64,000 bases of DNA from Candidatus Acidiferrales bacterium (GTDB lineage: Bacteria; Acidobacteriota; Terriglobia; Acidiferrales; UBA7541), in assembly GCA_049287725.1 (NCBI GenBank), contig JBAQGJ010000123.1, positions 19,901-83,900 on the forward strand, read 5' to 3'. Under the pieces are notes generated by a model. It was not told the DNA's origin. It did not search any database and saw only the letters and a list, made by a program, of their open reading frames with translations. Shown here one piece after another: positions 9,370-19,241 of the stretch (position 1 is its first letter; each line of letters opens with the position of its first letter). The position numbers were made by a program, and so were the translations under genes.

Positions 9370-11658
9370 ATGGCCGAACAAAAGCAGATCACTTTTAGTC
9401 TTAACGGACAGCAGGTTACGACCGCTGCCGGCACGCTGGTCATTGAAGCGGCCAAGGTCCGCGGCGTAGAAGTCCCCTCGTTCTGCTATTACCCTGGAGT
9501 CACGCCCGCATCCGTGGCTGCGTGCCGCATGTGCCTCGTCGAAGTCGAAAAGATGCCGAAGTTGCAGACCGCATGCACTCTCGTCGCCACCGAAGGCATG
9601 GTGGTGAAGTCCGACACGCCGCAAGTCCATAAAGCCCGCAAGGACATGATCGAGTTCCTGCTTTCGAACCATCCGCTCGATTGCCCGGTGTGCGACAAGG
9701 GCGGTGAGTGCGAACTGCAGGACATGACCTTCCGTTACGGCCTCGATCACAGCCGCTTCACCGAAGAAAAGCTGCACTATCCCGAAGAAAAGTGGTCGCC
9801 GCTGGTTTATTACGATGCGCCGCGGTGCATCATGTGCTTCCGCTGCGTGCGCGTCTGCGATGAAGGCATGGACGTGAATGCGCTCGGCGTCGGTGCGCGC
9901 GGCGTTCATTCCGTGATCATTCCCAACGAACCCGGTCAGCTCGCCTGCGAAGAGTGCGGCATGTGCATTGACATCTGCCCGGTCGGCGCGCTCACTAGCG
10001 GCACGTATCGCTATCAGACGCGCCCGTGGGAAATGACGTACGTCTCGAATCCGTGCACCCACTGTTCAAATGGTTGCAAAACGACGCTCAGCGTGCGCAA
10101 CAACGAAATCCTGCGCGCCAACAATCGCGACGCTTCGGGAATCAACGGCGAATTTCTCTGCGGCAAGGGCCGCTTCGGTTTCGATTTCACCAACAACGCC
10201 GAACGCATCCGCCAGCCGCTGGTCCGCCGCAACGGCAAACTCGAACCCGCAAGCTGGGAAGACGCGCTGGAAGAAGTCGCGCGGCGGCTCAAGCAAGTTC
10301 GCGACACGCATGGCGCAAACGCGATCGGCGTGATCGGCTCGAATCACACGACCAACGAAGAAAATTACCTGCTGAATCGTTTCGCGCGCGCTACTCTCGG
10401 CACCAACAACATTGACCATCACCGCACCGCGGATTATGCCGGCCTCGCCGCCGCGCTCGGGCCGAGATACAAAGATTCGCTGGCCACGATGGACGACGTT
10501 TCCACCGCGCAGACCATCCTGCTGATCGGCAATGACGTCGCCAACCAGAATCCTCTTGTCGCCTGGCAGATTCGCACCGGCGTCCGGCACCACGGCACGC
10601 GCCTGTACGTAATCAACGGCCAGGAAAGCAAAATTCACCGCAAAGCTGCCAAGCTTGTGCTGCTCCCAAAAGGCGGAGAACGCGCTGCGCTGCGCTGGCT
10701 CACCCACGGAGAAGGCCAATTCGATGCCTCCACAAGCGAAGCACTCGTTCAACTGAAAACCGCGTTGGAAGCCGAGAAGGACGTTTTGATTCTCTTCGGC
10801 GCGGACATTCAAGGATCGGCGATTCAAGACCTGGTTGCGTTCGCCGCCCGCCTGGGCGGCCAGACCCGTTTCATGGCTCTCGGTGATTACTCGAACTCGC
10901 GTGGCGCGGCGGACATGGGCGTATTGCCGGATCGTTTGCCGGGCTACGCGCTTGTCAGCGATGCATCCGAACGCGGACGCTTCGGAAAGATTTGGGGTGG
11001 CGTTGAATTGCCCACGGCGGCCGGCTTGACCGCGCGTCAAATGATGGAAGCGGCCACAGCAGGAAAACTGAAAGCGCTGTACGTCATTGGCGCTAATCCA
11101 ATAAAAACTTTCAGCGTGACCCAACCGGATAAGCTCGCGGGCCTCGAGCTGCTAGTGGTCCACGAAATGTTTCCGACGGAAACCGCACAGCGCGCCGACG
11201 TCGTCTTGCCAGCGGCATCTTCCTACGAAAAAGATGGCACACTGACCAACACTGCGGGCGAAGTGCAAATGACGCACCGCTCGATTGATCCGCAAGGGCC
11301 ACGTAGCGATTTCGATCTGATTCGCATCCTTTCGCATCAATTGAGCATGCTGGGAGTCGGTTCGCCAATCCGCCTGCGCACGCCCGAAGCTGCCTTCGAC
11401 GAACTTCGCCAGAATGTGTCGGGCTACGATCTTTCTGTCGCCAATTTGCTTGCGGGGCGCGCACTGGTTTCGTCCGCCACGTCTCGTTCGCAGGAACCGG
11501 CCTACGATGTTCCGGTCGGAAATATTTTTTCGTCCAATGATTTTCTCTTTACCAGCGGTTCCCTGGGACGTTACTGTTCCAAACTCACTTCTACCAAAGA
11601 GGCAAAAGATACGCCGTGGATTTCGTCGCCCAGCATCCAGTCCTGGTGGTATCGCTAG
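9370..11658 (+). CDS. nuoG: NADH-quinone oxidoreductase subunit G
   Basis: 762 aa. Fe-S cysteine clusters (CRMCLVEV, HPLDCPVCDKGGECELQD, CIMCFRCVRVC, CEECGMCIDICPVGAL) followed by a molybdopterin-oxidoreductase-like domain. Confidence 0.9.
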   Translation: MAEQKQITFSLNGQQVTTAAGTLVIEAAKVRGVEVPSFCYYPGVTPASVAACRMCLVEVEKMPKLQTACTLVATEGMVVKSDTPQVHKARKDMIEFLLSNHPLDCPVCDKGGECELQDMTFRYGLDHSRFTEEKLHYPEEKWSPLVYYDAPRCIMCFRCVRVCDEGMDVNALGVGARGVHSVIIPNEPGQLACEECGMCIDICPVGALTSGTYRYQTRPWEMTYVSNPCTHCSNGCKTTLSVRNNEILRANNRDASGINGEFLCGKGRFGFDFTNNAERIRQPLVRRNGKLEPASWEDALEEVARRLKQVRDTHGANAIGVIGSNHTTNEENYLLNRFARATLGTNNIDHHRTADYAGLAAALGPRYKDSLATMDDVSTAQTILLIGNDVANQNPLVAWQIRTGVRHHGTRLYVINGQESKIHRKAAKLVLLPKGGERAALRWLTHGEGQFDASTSEALVQLKTALEAEKDVLILFGADIQGSAIQDLVAFAARLGGQTRFMALGDYSNSRGAADMGVLPDRLPGYALVSDASERGRFGKIWGGVELPTAAGLTARQMMEAATAGKLKALYVIGANPIKTFSVTQPDKLAGLELLVVHEMFPTETAQRADVVLPAASSYEKDGTLTNTAGEVQMTHRSIDPQGPRSDFDLIRILSHQLSMLGVGSPIRLRTPEAAFDELRQNVSGYDLSVANLLAGRALVSSATSRSQEPAYDVPVGNIFSSNDFLFTSGSLGRYCSKLTSTKEAKDTPWISSPSIQSWWYR

Positions 11659-12830
11659 TCAAGATCGTCATTTTGTTGTTTTTGGTTTTGACGACGCTGG
11701 CATACCTAACCTGGTTTGAGCGAAAGGTCGTCGCGCATATCCAATCGCGATGGGGCCCGTATTACGTCGGTGCGCACGGATTGCTCCAACCTCTCGCCGA
11801 TGGCGTGAAATTCCTTTTTAAGGAAGATCTCACGCCGCCGGGTGCGGATAAGTTCCTTTACATCCTTGCTCCTTTTCTGGCGCTCTCGCTCGCGCTGACC
11901 ACGCTTGCGCTGATTCCTTTCGGGCCGCCGGGAGTTCAAGTGCTGGGGCAGTCCACATTGATCGTCGCGAATGTGGATATTGGGCTGATGTTCGTCTTCG
12001 CCATCACTTCGATCGGGGTGTACGGCGTGGCATTGGCCGGCTGGTCTTCCAACAGCAAGTACCCGCTGCTCGGTGGGTTGCGCAGCTCGGCGCAGATGAT
12101 CAGCTATGAAGTTTCGCTCACGCTGTCGGTTGTGGGCGTCGTGCTGCTCGCCGGATCGCTCAATTTCAATGAGCTAATCGAAGGGCAGCGGGGCTACTAC
12201 TTGCACGTGATCCCGCGCTGGCACCTCATTCCGCAGATCGTCGGCTTTTTCTGCTATCTCACCGCCGCTATCGCCGAAACGAATCGCGTTCCATTCGATT
12301 TGCCCGAAGCTGAAACCGAACTGGTCGCCGGTTTCCATACCGAATATTCCAGTTTCAAATTCGCCATGTTTTTCATGGCCGAATACGCCAACATGATCAC
12401 CGTCGCGTGCCTCGCGACGATTCTCTTCCTCGGCGGCTGGCTCTCTCCCTTCCCCGAAAGCTGGACGTTCATGCAATACCTACCCGCCGTCGGGCTGATC
12501 GCGCTGGCAATCTATCTGTGGTACGACACGGCAGTACTCGCGCGGGGCATCGCGCGCATTCAGCTCGTCGTCATCTCCACCGGCGCCACGGTCATCGGCC
12601 TCGCATGCCTGGTTCCCGCAGTGATGTCCGTCATCCAGGGGCCGTTTTGGTTCTTGCTTAAAGTCGGCGTGATTATGTTTTTCTACGTCTGGACCCGCGG
12701 CACGCTGCCGCGCTTCCGTTATGACCAGCTGATGTCCTTCGGCTGGAAATTTCTGTTGCCCGTTTCACTCGCAAATCTGGTGGTGACGGCCCTCGTAAAG
12801 GTTTGGCCTCTGCTGGTGAGCCACGGATGA
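11616..12830 (+). CDS. nuoH: NADH-quinone oxidoreductase subunit H (cluster 1)
   Basis: FERKVVAHIQSRWGPYYVG, AETNRVPFDLPEAETELVAGFHTEYS, PRFRYDQLM. GTG start overlaps the nuoG end; exact start is ambiguous (GTG 11646 also possible). Confidence 0.9.
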   Translation: MDFVAQHPVLVVSLVKIVILLFLVLTTLAYLTWFERKVVAHIQSRWGPYYVGAHGLLQPLADGVKFLFKEDLTPPGADKFLYILAPFLALSLALTTLALIPFGPPGVQVLGQSTLIVANVDIGLMFVFAITSIGVYGVALAGWSSNSKYPLLGGLRSSAQMISYEVSLTLSVVGVVLLAGSLNFNELIEGQRGYYLHVIPRWHLIPQIVGFFCYLTAAIAETNRVPFDLPEAETELVAGFHTEYSSFKFAMFFMAEYANMITVACLATILFLGGWLSPFPESWTFMQYLPAVGLIALAIYLWYDTAVLARGIARIQLVVISTGATVIGLACLVPAVMSVIQGPFWFLLKVGVIMFFYVWTRGTLPRFRYDQLMSFGWKFLLPVSLANLVVTALVKVWPLLVSHG

Positions 12831-13336
12831 GCTTGCCCTTCATCGTTTTTTTTGTCTGCGCGCTCATCGCTGTGGGCGGCGCGCTGATGTTGATTCTGGC
12901 GCGCGAGCCGATTCACAGCGCGCTCTCGCTCGTACTGGTAATGATTTCGCTGGCGGTGCTTTACCTGCTGCTGGGAGCCGAATTCATTGCGGCAGTGCAA
13001 ATCATCGTTTATGCCGGGGCGATCATGGTGTTGTTCGTGTTCGTCATCATGTTGCTCAACGCGGGCATAGAAGAACGCACGGATTTCAGCAAACTGGCGA
13101 AATTCGCTGGCCTACCGCTGGGGATGTTGTTGTTGCTAATGCTGGCGCATCGGATGGCGCTCTCCGCAATCGGCAGAACAATTGCCAATGGTGCGGAAGC
13201 GGCGGCCACCGCTGCATCGACGCGCGAACTTTCGATGCAACTTTTTCAGAAATATCTATTCCCGTTCGAAGCGACGTCCATTCTCATCCTGATAGCCATA
13301 CTGGGCGCGCTCGTTCTAGCGAAGAAGGGCGAATGA
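12827..13336 (+). CDS. nuoJ: NADH-quinone oxidoreductase subunit J (cluster 1)
   Basis: ATG 12827 overlaps the nuoH stop (ATGA). NuoJ-like pattern: [49 protein letters not shown]. Confidence 0.85.
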   Translation: MSLPFIVFFVCALIAVGGALMLILAREPIHSALSLVLVMISLAVLYLLLGAEFIAAVQIIVYAGAIMVLFVFVIMLLNAGIEERTDFSKLAKFAGLPLGMLLLLMLAHRMALSAIGRTIANGAEAAATAASTRELSMQLFQKYLFPFEATSILILIAILGALVLAKKGE

Positions 13337-13641
13337 ACGTAGTCCCCATTTCATACTATCTGGTGCTGAGCGCGATTCTCTTCGGCTTGGGCGTCGTTGC
13401 GTTCGTTTTCAAGCGCAACATCATCACCATCTTCATGGCTGTCGAACTGATGCTTAACGCCGTAAATCTGGCATTCGTGGCCTTCGCGCGCGCACACAAC
13501 CAACTCGATGGGCTGGTCTTCGTCTTCTTTGTGATTGTGGTTGCCGCTGCCGAATCCGCCGTAGGTCTGGCCATCGTCATCACCGTTTACCAAAACCGGC
13601 GCACGCTCAATATCGAGCAGATTAACCTCCTAAAATTCTGA
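13333..13641 (+). CDS. nuoK: NADH-quinone oxidoreductase subunit K (cluster 1)
   Basis: 102 aa, 3 TM. MAVELMLNAVNLAFVAF and VVAAAESAVGLAIV motifs. ATGA overlap with nuoJ. Confidence 0.9.
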   Translation: MNVVPISYYLVLSAILFGLGVVAFVFKRNIITIFMAVELMLNAVNLAFVAFARAHNQLDGLVFVFFVIVVAAAESAVGLAIVITVYQNRRTLNIEQINLLKF

Positions 13642-15620
13642 TGCTCATACTCGATCATCTCTGGATCATCCTCGCGCTGCCCCTGCTGGGTGCGGCCATC
13701 AACGGACTATTGGGCAAGAATTTTTCGAAGCCTGTCGTCAATTCCGTCGGCATCGGCTCCGTTGCGCTTTCATTCCTTTGTGTCGCAGAGCTTGTCCGCG
13801 AATTCGTGCAGCTTTCCGCGGCGCAAATCCCGTGGGTGAAAAACTATTTCACTTGGATCACCTCCGGCCAGTTCAAAGTGGATTTCGCCCTACAGGTTGA
13901 CCAGCTCACGATCGTGATGCTCTTCGTGGTGACGTTCGTCAGCCTGCTGGTGCACATCTATTCCACCGGCTACATGGCGCACGAGGAGGGCTATTACCGC
14001 TTCTTCTGTTACCTGAACCTGTTCGTCTTTTTCATGCTGACCCTGGTTCTCGCCGCGAACGTCGTCCTGATGTTCGTCGGGTGGGAAGGTGTGGGCCTGT
14101 GCAGCTACTTGCTGATCGGATTCTGGTTTTTGAAACAATCTGCGATTAGCGCCGGAAAAAAGGCCTTCATCACCACGCGCATCGGCGATTTCGGCTTCAC
14201 GATTGGCATTTTGCTGCTGTTCTGGACGTTCCATTCCGTGGATTTCCGAGCTGTTTTCCAGCAAGCCGCGAACATGCCGGTGGAAGCCTTCGCGCCGGCC
14301 GGCGTATTAACGATCATTTGCCTCCTGCTCTTCACCGGCGCCATTGGGAAATCTGCGCAATTGCCTCTGTACGTCTGGCTGCCGGACGCGATGGAAGGCC
14401 CCACGCCCGTCAGCGCCTTGATCCATGCAGCGACGATGGTCACTGCGGGCGTCTACATGGTCGCGCGGATGAATCCCCTATTCTCGCGCGCGCCGTTTGC
14501 GATGTTCATTGTCGCGCTGGTCGGAGCCGTCACCGCGTTCTACGCCGCGACCATCGGCCTGATGCAGACGGACATCAAGAAAGTTCTCGCCTATTCCACC
14601 GTCTCGCAACTCGGCTACATGTTCCTCGGCCTCGGCGTTGGATCTTACGCCGCAGGCGTCTTTCACCTGATGACGCACGCCTTCTTCAAGGGTCTGCTGT
14701 TCCTCGCGGCCGGCAGCGTGATTCACGCCATGGGCGGCGACCAGGAAATGCCGCGCATGGGCGGCCTGCGCACAAAAATTCCCATTACTTTCTGGACGAT
14801 GTTTATCGCTACATTTGCAATCGCCGGGATCCCAGGATTCGCAGGCTTCTTCAGCAAGGACGAGATTCTAGACGCCGCGCGTTCCGGCCCCCACGCGAAT
14901 ATCTGGCTCTGGCTGCTTGGGCTGCTCGGTGCAGGGCTCACTTCGTTTTACATGTTCCGATTGATCTTCCTCACGTTCTTCGGCAAGCCTCGTTACGACG
15001 AGCACAAAGTTCACGTCCACGAATCGCCGCGGAGCATGACCGTGCCGCTTACATTGCTCGCGATTCTTTCTGTGATTGGTGGATGGGTCGCCGCGCCGCA
15101 TCTGGTTGGCGGCACCGATTACTTCGAAAAATTCCTGCATCCGGTTTTCACGGCCTACGCGCCGGCCAGCACGGTTGGCGCCGAAGCTACGTCGGAGGCC
15201 GCGGAGAGCGGCGGAATCATGCTGCTCCACGCGCTGACTGGATGGCCGGTAATTATCGCCTTGCTCGGCCTTCTCATCGCGTGGTGGTTCTACATCAAGA
15301 GTCCGGACACACCCAAGAAACTGGCGCAAAGCCTGCGCGGACCGTACACGCTCATTCTGCACAAATATTATGTCGACGAGCTCTACAACGCCGCGATTGT
15401 ACGGCCCCTACTCTGGATTTCCACCAACGTGCTCTGGCACGTGGTGGACGAAGGCTTGATTGATGGCACGGTGAATGGCACGGCTCGGGTCGCGCGCGAA
15501 TCCGGCGCGCAATTGCGCGAAATTCAATCGGGCAACGCGCGCACTTACGCCAGTTGGGTGGTGATTGGCGCGGTGGGCGTCACTTTGCTGATGCTTGGAC
15601 TTTGGGGAATGGGGCGCTAG
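13641..15620 (+). CDS. nuoL: NADH-quinone oxidoreductase subunit L (cluster 1)
   Basis: 659 aa antiporter-like subunit. [53 protein letters not shown], plus a long C-terminal lateral-helix region. Confidence 0.95.
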   Translation: MLILDHLWIILALPLLGAAINGLLGKNFSKPVVNSVGIGSVALSFLCVAELVREFVQLSAAQIPWVKNYFTWITSGQFKVDFALQVDQLTIVMLFVVTFVSLLVHIYSTGYMAHEEGYYRFFCYLNLFVFFMLTLVLAANVVLMFVGWEGVGLCSYLLIGFWFLKQSAISAGKKAFITTRIGDFGFTIGILLLFWTFHSVDFRAVFQQAANMPVEAFAPAGVLTIICLLLFTGAIGKSAQLPLYVWLPDAMEGPTPVSALIHAATMVTAGVYMVARMNPLFSRAPFAMFIVALVGAVTAFYAATIGLMQTDIKKVLAYSTVSQLGYMFLGLGVGSYAAGVFHLMTHAFFKGLLFLAAGSVIHAMGGDQEMPRMGGLRTKIPITFWTMFIATFAIAGIPGFAGFFSKDEILDAARSGPHANIWLWLLGLLGAGLTSFYMFRLIFLTFFGKPRYDEHKVHVHESPRSMTVPLTLLAILSVIGGWVAAPHLVGGTDYFEKFLHPVFTAYAPASTVGAEATSEAAESGGIMLLHALTGWPVIIALLGLLIAWWFYIKSPDTPKKLAQSLRGPYTLILHKYYVDELYNAAIVRPLLWISTNVLWHVVDEGLIDGTVNGTARVARESGAQLREIQSGNARTYASWVVIGAVGVTLLMLGLWGMGR

Positions 15621-15627
15621 CGTGGAA

Positions 15628-17247
15628 ATGCAATCGCATTTGCTTTCGGTGATCGCCTTCCTGCCGCTGCTGGGAGTGCCGGCGCTGCTTCTGCTGCGCT
15701 CGGAAGACCACGTTTGGATTCGCCGCATCGCGCTCGCCGTATCGCTCGCGGAATTCGCGATTTCTCTTTTCTTGCTGCCAGGCTTCGATTCCGGAGCGCC
15801 CGGCTTCCAATTCGTTGAAATGCATCCCTGGATCGGCCAGGCCATCCATTACCACATCGGTGTGGACGGCATCAGCCTGTTCCTTGTGCTGCTAACCACG
15901 TTTCTCACGCCGCTCGCGATTTTGTGTTCCTGGCAGTCCATCCACGAATACGTGAAGGGATTTTTCATCGCGCTGCTGGTGATCGAGACGGCGATGATCG
16001 GCGTCTTCATCTCCCTCGATCTCTTCCTGTTCTTTGTCTTCTGGGAACTGACGCTGATTCCGATGTACTTCCTCATCGGCATCTGGGGACACGGCCGCCG
16101 AATTTACGCCGCCGTGAAATTCATTCTGTACACCATGCTCGGCTCGATCTTGATGCTCGTGGCGATGCTCTGGCTTTATAACGTCAGCGCTACTGCCAGC
16201 CTTCCCCGCACCTTCGATTTGCCTGAACTCACGGCGCGAATCCAAACGGGATACATACATCTCCCGCCACACACCGAACTTTGGCTCTTCGCCGCATTCT
16301 TCCTGGCCTTCGCCATCAAAGTTCCGCTTTTCCCGCTGCACACCTGGCTACCGGACGCGCACACTGAAGCCCCCACCGCCGGTTCCGTGATCCTCGCCGG
16401 TGTGATGCTGAAACTTGGCTGCTACGGCATGTTGCGTTTCTGCCTCCCGCTCTTTCCGGACGCGGCGCACCAATTCGCACCCTACATCGGCGTGCTCGCG
16501 ATCATCGGCATCGTGTACGGAGCGCTAGTGGCCACGATCCAGCCGAATTTCAAGCGCTTAGTCGCCTACACCTCCGTCAGCCACCTCGGCTTCGTAGTGC
16601 TGGGAATTTTCTCTTTCACCACCATCTCGATTCAGGGCGCGGTCTATCAGATGGTGAATCACGGCATATCCACCGGCGCATTGTTCCTTGGCCTCGGCAT
16701 GCTCTACGACCGCCGCCACACCTACGAAATCAAGGAATTCGGCGGCCTGATAAATCCCATGCCCGTATTAATGTCATTCTTCCTGTTCATTTGCTTTTCG
16801 TCTCTGGCCCTGCCTCCGCTCAATAGCTTTATCGGTGAGTTCCTGATTCTCGTTGGCGTCTTTCAATATCACCACGCGTGGGCTTCCTGGGCCGCCAGCG
16901 GCGCCGTGCTCTCGGCGATCTATTTGTTGTGGTCCTATCAGCGCGTCGCTCTCGGTGAAGTCACCGTTGAGAAAAATCGCACGCTTCCAGACGCTTCCGG
17001 ACGCGAGCGAGTGATTTTGGTTGCTACCGCCCTGGCAATTCTGTTTCTCGGCGTCGCTTCTCCGCTCTTCACGCGGCGCATGGAATCCTCGACCAATAAT
17101 CTGGTGCACCAACTCGGAGGCCGTCCGCAGGACGCAGCTCAGCCCGCACTGCCACCGCCGCCCGCGGGACCGCGTACCGTGATCGTCTCGCCACGCGAGC
17201 GTGACGCGTCGCTCACCACCATCTCCGAAAGGCGGGTGGCGCGGTAA
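15628..17247 (+). CDS. nuoM: NADH-quinone oxidoreductase subunit M (cluster 1)
   Basis: FVFWELTLIPMYFLIGIWG, HTWLPDAHTEAPTAGSVILAGV. ATG 15628 (GTG 15622 is an alternative). Has a C-terminal Pro-rich tail. Confidence 0.9.
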   Translation: MQSHLLSVIAFLPLLGVPALLLLRSEDHVWIRRIALAVSLAEFAISLFLLPGFDSGAPGFQFVEMHPWIGQAIHYHIGVDGISLFLVLLTTFLTPLAILCSWQSIHEYVKGFFIALLVIETAMIGVFISLDLFLFFVFWELTLIPMYFLIGIWGHGRRIYAAVKFILYTMLGSILMLVAMLWLYNVSATASLPRTFDLPELTARIQTGYIHLPPHTELWLFAAFFLAFAIKVPLFPLHTWLPDAHTEAPTAGSVILAGVMLKLGCYGMLRFCLPLFPDAAHQFAPYIGVLAIIGIVYGALVATIQPNFKRLVAYTSVSHLGFVVLGIFSFTTISIQGAVYQMVNHGISTGALFLGLGMLYDRRHTYEIKEFGGLINPMPVLMSFFLFICFSSLALPPLNSFIGEFLILVGVFQYHHAWASWAASGAVLSAIYLLWSYQRVALGEVTVEKNRTLPDASGRERVILVATALAILFLGVASPLFTRRMESSTNNLVHQLGGRPQDAAQPALPPPPAGPRTVIVSPRERDASLTTISERRVAR

Positions 17248-18719
17248 TGCACTTCCCTGCCGAGCAAATTTCGAACCTGCACCGCCTCGCGCCGGAAATT
17301 ATCCTGTGCTTCTTCGGCATTCTGATTATGGTCGTTGATCCCTTCCTCGGCGCTGCCCGCCAGCGCGTTCTGGGATGGATCGGATTTATTGGCACACTGG
17401 CCGCGCTCGGCGGCGTCTACGTCATGGCTCACGACCAGGGCATGGCCTACAGCGACCTGATTCGCGCGGACGCCTTCAGCGTGTTTCTCCATGCGGTGGT
17501 AATCGTCGCGGCGGCGCTCGCGATTCTAGGCTCTCTCGATTATTTAGACGAAGAGGGCATCCAGCGCGGCGAATATTATTCTCTGGTGCTTTTCGCCACC
17601 GCCGGAATGGGCATTCTTGCCGGGGCCAATGAACTGGTCACTGCCTTCATTGGCCTGGAGATGAGTTCCATCTCGACTTACATCCTTGCAGCCTTTCGCC
17701 GCCGCGCCACAAAGTCTAATGAAGCGGGCCTGAAATATTTCATCCTCGGCTCGTTCGCGACGGCGTTTTTCCTCTACGGCATCGCGATGACCTACGGCGC
17801 CACCGGCACCACGCGCATCGATCTAGTCCAGGCGTCGCTCGAAAATATGATGGCCACGCAGGGGCACCTCGCGTCGCTTCCGATCGCCGGCCTCGCGCTG
17901 ATGTTTGTCGGGCTGGGCTTCAAAGTGGTTGCAGCGCCGTTCCAGGTCTACGGGCCCGACGTGTACGAAGGCGCCCCGACGCCGGTCACTGCGCTCCTCG
18001 CCTCCGGCCCCAAGGCCGCGACCTTTGCTTTGATGCTGCGAATCTTTTACGTCTCCTTCGGGACGGCGGACAACTTCTGGTTCTGGGCTATCTGGATTTC
18101 TGCTGTACTCACCATGCTGGTGGGCAATCTTGCAGCGCTCGTGCAGACCAACGTCAAGCGCATGCTGGCGTATTCCTCCATCGCCCATGCCGGATATATT
18201 CTCGTAGGCTTTGCGGCAGCCACCGTTTACGGTGTCGCCGCGGTGCTCTTCTACCTCGCGGTTTACACCTTCATGAAGGTCGGAGCCTTTCTGGTCATCG
18301 CGCACCTGGGCCAGCGTGACGAGAAACGGCTGGAGATCACCGATTACGCGGGCTTGGGAACAAAGCAGCCCGTGCTGGCAGCATGCTTCACCCTATTTTT
18401 GCTTTCTCTGCTGGGATTGCCTGCCACCGGCGGCTTCCTCGGAAAGTTCTTCGCGTTTCAGGCGGCGCTCGATTCGCGCATCGTGTGGTTGGTGATCATC
18501 GCGGCAATCAACAGCGTCATCGGGTCGTATTACTATCTGCGTGTGATCATTGCGATGTATTTCTGGGAGCCTGCCAAGGACTACACTCCAACGAAAGTAC
18601 CTTTCGCGCTAGTCACCGCACTCGCGATCGCTGCAATTGGCACGCTGTATCTTGGGATCCTGCCGTCACACGTTCTCGACTACGCCAAAGCCGCCGCCGA
18701 TTCCCTCGCACTGCACTAA
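17247..18719 (+). CDS. nuoN: NADH-quinone oxidoreductase subunit N (cluster 1)
   Basis: 490 aa. LEMSSISTYILA, APFQVYGPDVYEGAPTPVTA, MLAYSSIAHAGY. TAATG overlap with nuoM. Confidence 0.9.
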   Translation: MHFPAEQISNLHRLAPEIILCFFGILIMVVDPFLGAARQRVLGWIGFIGTLAALGGVYVMAHDQGMAYSDLIRADAFSVFLHAVVIVAAALAILGSLDYLDEEGIQRGEYYSLVLFATAGMGILAGANELVTAFIGLEMSSISTYILAAFRRRATKSNEAGLKYFILGSFATAFFLYGIAMTYGATGTTRIDLVQASLENMMATQGHLASLPIAGLALMFVGLGFKVVAAPFQVYGPDVYEGAPTPVTALLASGPKAATFALMLRIFYVSFGTADNFWFWAIWISAVLTMLVGNLAALVQTNVKRMLAYSSIAHAGYILVGFAAATVYGVAAVLFYLAVYTFMKVGAFLVIAHLGQRDEKRLEITDYAGLGTKQPVLAACFTLFLLSLLGLPATGGFLGKFFAFQAALDSRIVWLVIIAAINSVIGSYYYLRVIIAMYFWEPAKDYTPTKVPFALVTALAIAAIGTLYLGILPSHVLDYAKAAADSLALH

Positions 18720-18769
18720 TAACCTGTTCGGCTTTTTCGGTGGGTCGCAAACCACCACGAAATGAAAAA

Positions 18770-18804
18770 GGCCCGGCAGCTCGCACATCCGCGAGCCCCG
18801 GGCC
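18770..18804 (-). terminator. GC-rich hairpin at the convergence point of nuoN(1) and atpE; intrinsic terminator for the - strand operon, possibly bidirectional
   Basis: GGCCCGGcaGCTCGCacatccGCGAGCccCCGGGCC. An A-run on the + strand immediately 5' (18764-18769) gives a T-run after the stem on the - strand. Confidence 0.55.
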
Positions 18805-18823
18805 TCGAATCTCTGCTCGAATG

Positions 18824-19135
18824 CTACTTCACTTTGAGGAACACGATGGCAAACGTATACAGCGCCATCGATTCAATCAGCACCAGCGCCAAAATCAACG
18901 CGAAACGAATCGCCGCAGCCGCTCCCGGATTGCGCGCCAAACCTTCGCAAGCCGCCGCGGTGGCCTTGGCTTGCGCGTAACCGCCCGCCGCCGAAGCGAT
19001 CGCCATCGCAAAACCTGAAGTGATCGCCACCCAATTCGTCGCGGTGGCCTCTCCCGCGGTCCCCTGCGCAAACGCCGCCGGAGCAAACGCAATCACCGCG
19101 ATCACTCCCAACAGAAACAACGCGTACCTTCTCAT
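18824..19135 (-). CDS. atpE: F-type ATP synthase subunit c with signal-peptide-like N-terminal extension
   Basis: Two-helix proteolipid with the EGLARNP loop and a carboxylate helix LVLIESMALYTFAIVFL. 103 aa; the first ~25 aa (MRRYALFLLGVIAVIAFAPAAFA/QG) are extra. Confidence 0.9.
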   Translation of the reverse strand: MRRYALFLLGVIAVIAFAPAAFAQGTAGEATATNWVAITSGFAMAIASAAGGYAQAKATAAACEGLARNPGAAAAIRFALILALVLIESMALYTFAIVFLKVK

Positions 19136-19241
19136 CGTGTTCTCCTCGTTTATGAATTTGCCGCCAGGCGGTGGCTCCCGTCATCCTCAAGCAGCCGGGA
19201 TCACACTGGACGGCGAACATGCCGAATAATAACGCCGGATA

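Noticed and set aside
6129-11124. Very long antisense/shadow ORFs opposite recognisable genes, e.g. 6129-7265(-), 7404-8375(-), 8418-9455(-), 10066-11124(-). Similar cases elsewhere: 14318-15463(+), 21099-22391(+), 32760-34370(+), 53913-54851(+), 56574-57647(+), 57999-58982(+).
   Set aside because: Each lies opposite an ORF with unambiguous family motifs. Their translations are Arg/Ala/Gly/His-rich low-information sequences, typical of the non-coding frames of high-G+C genes.
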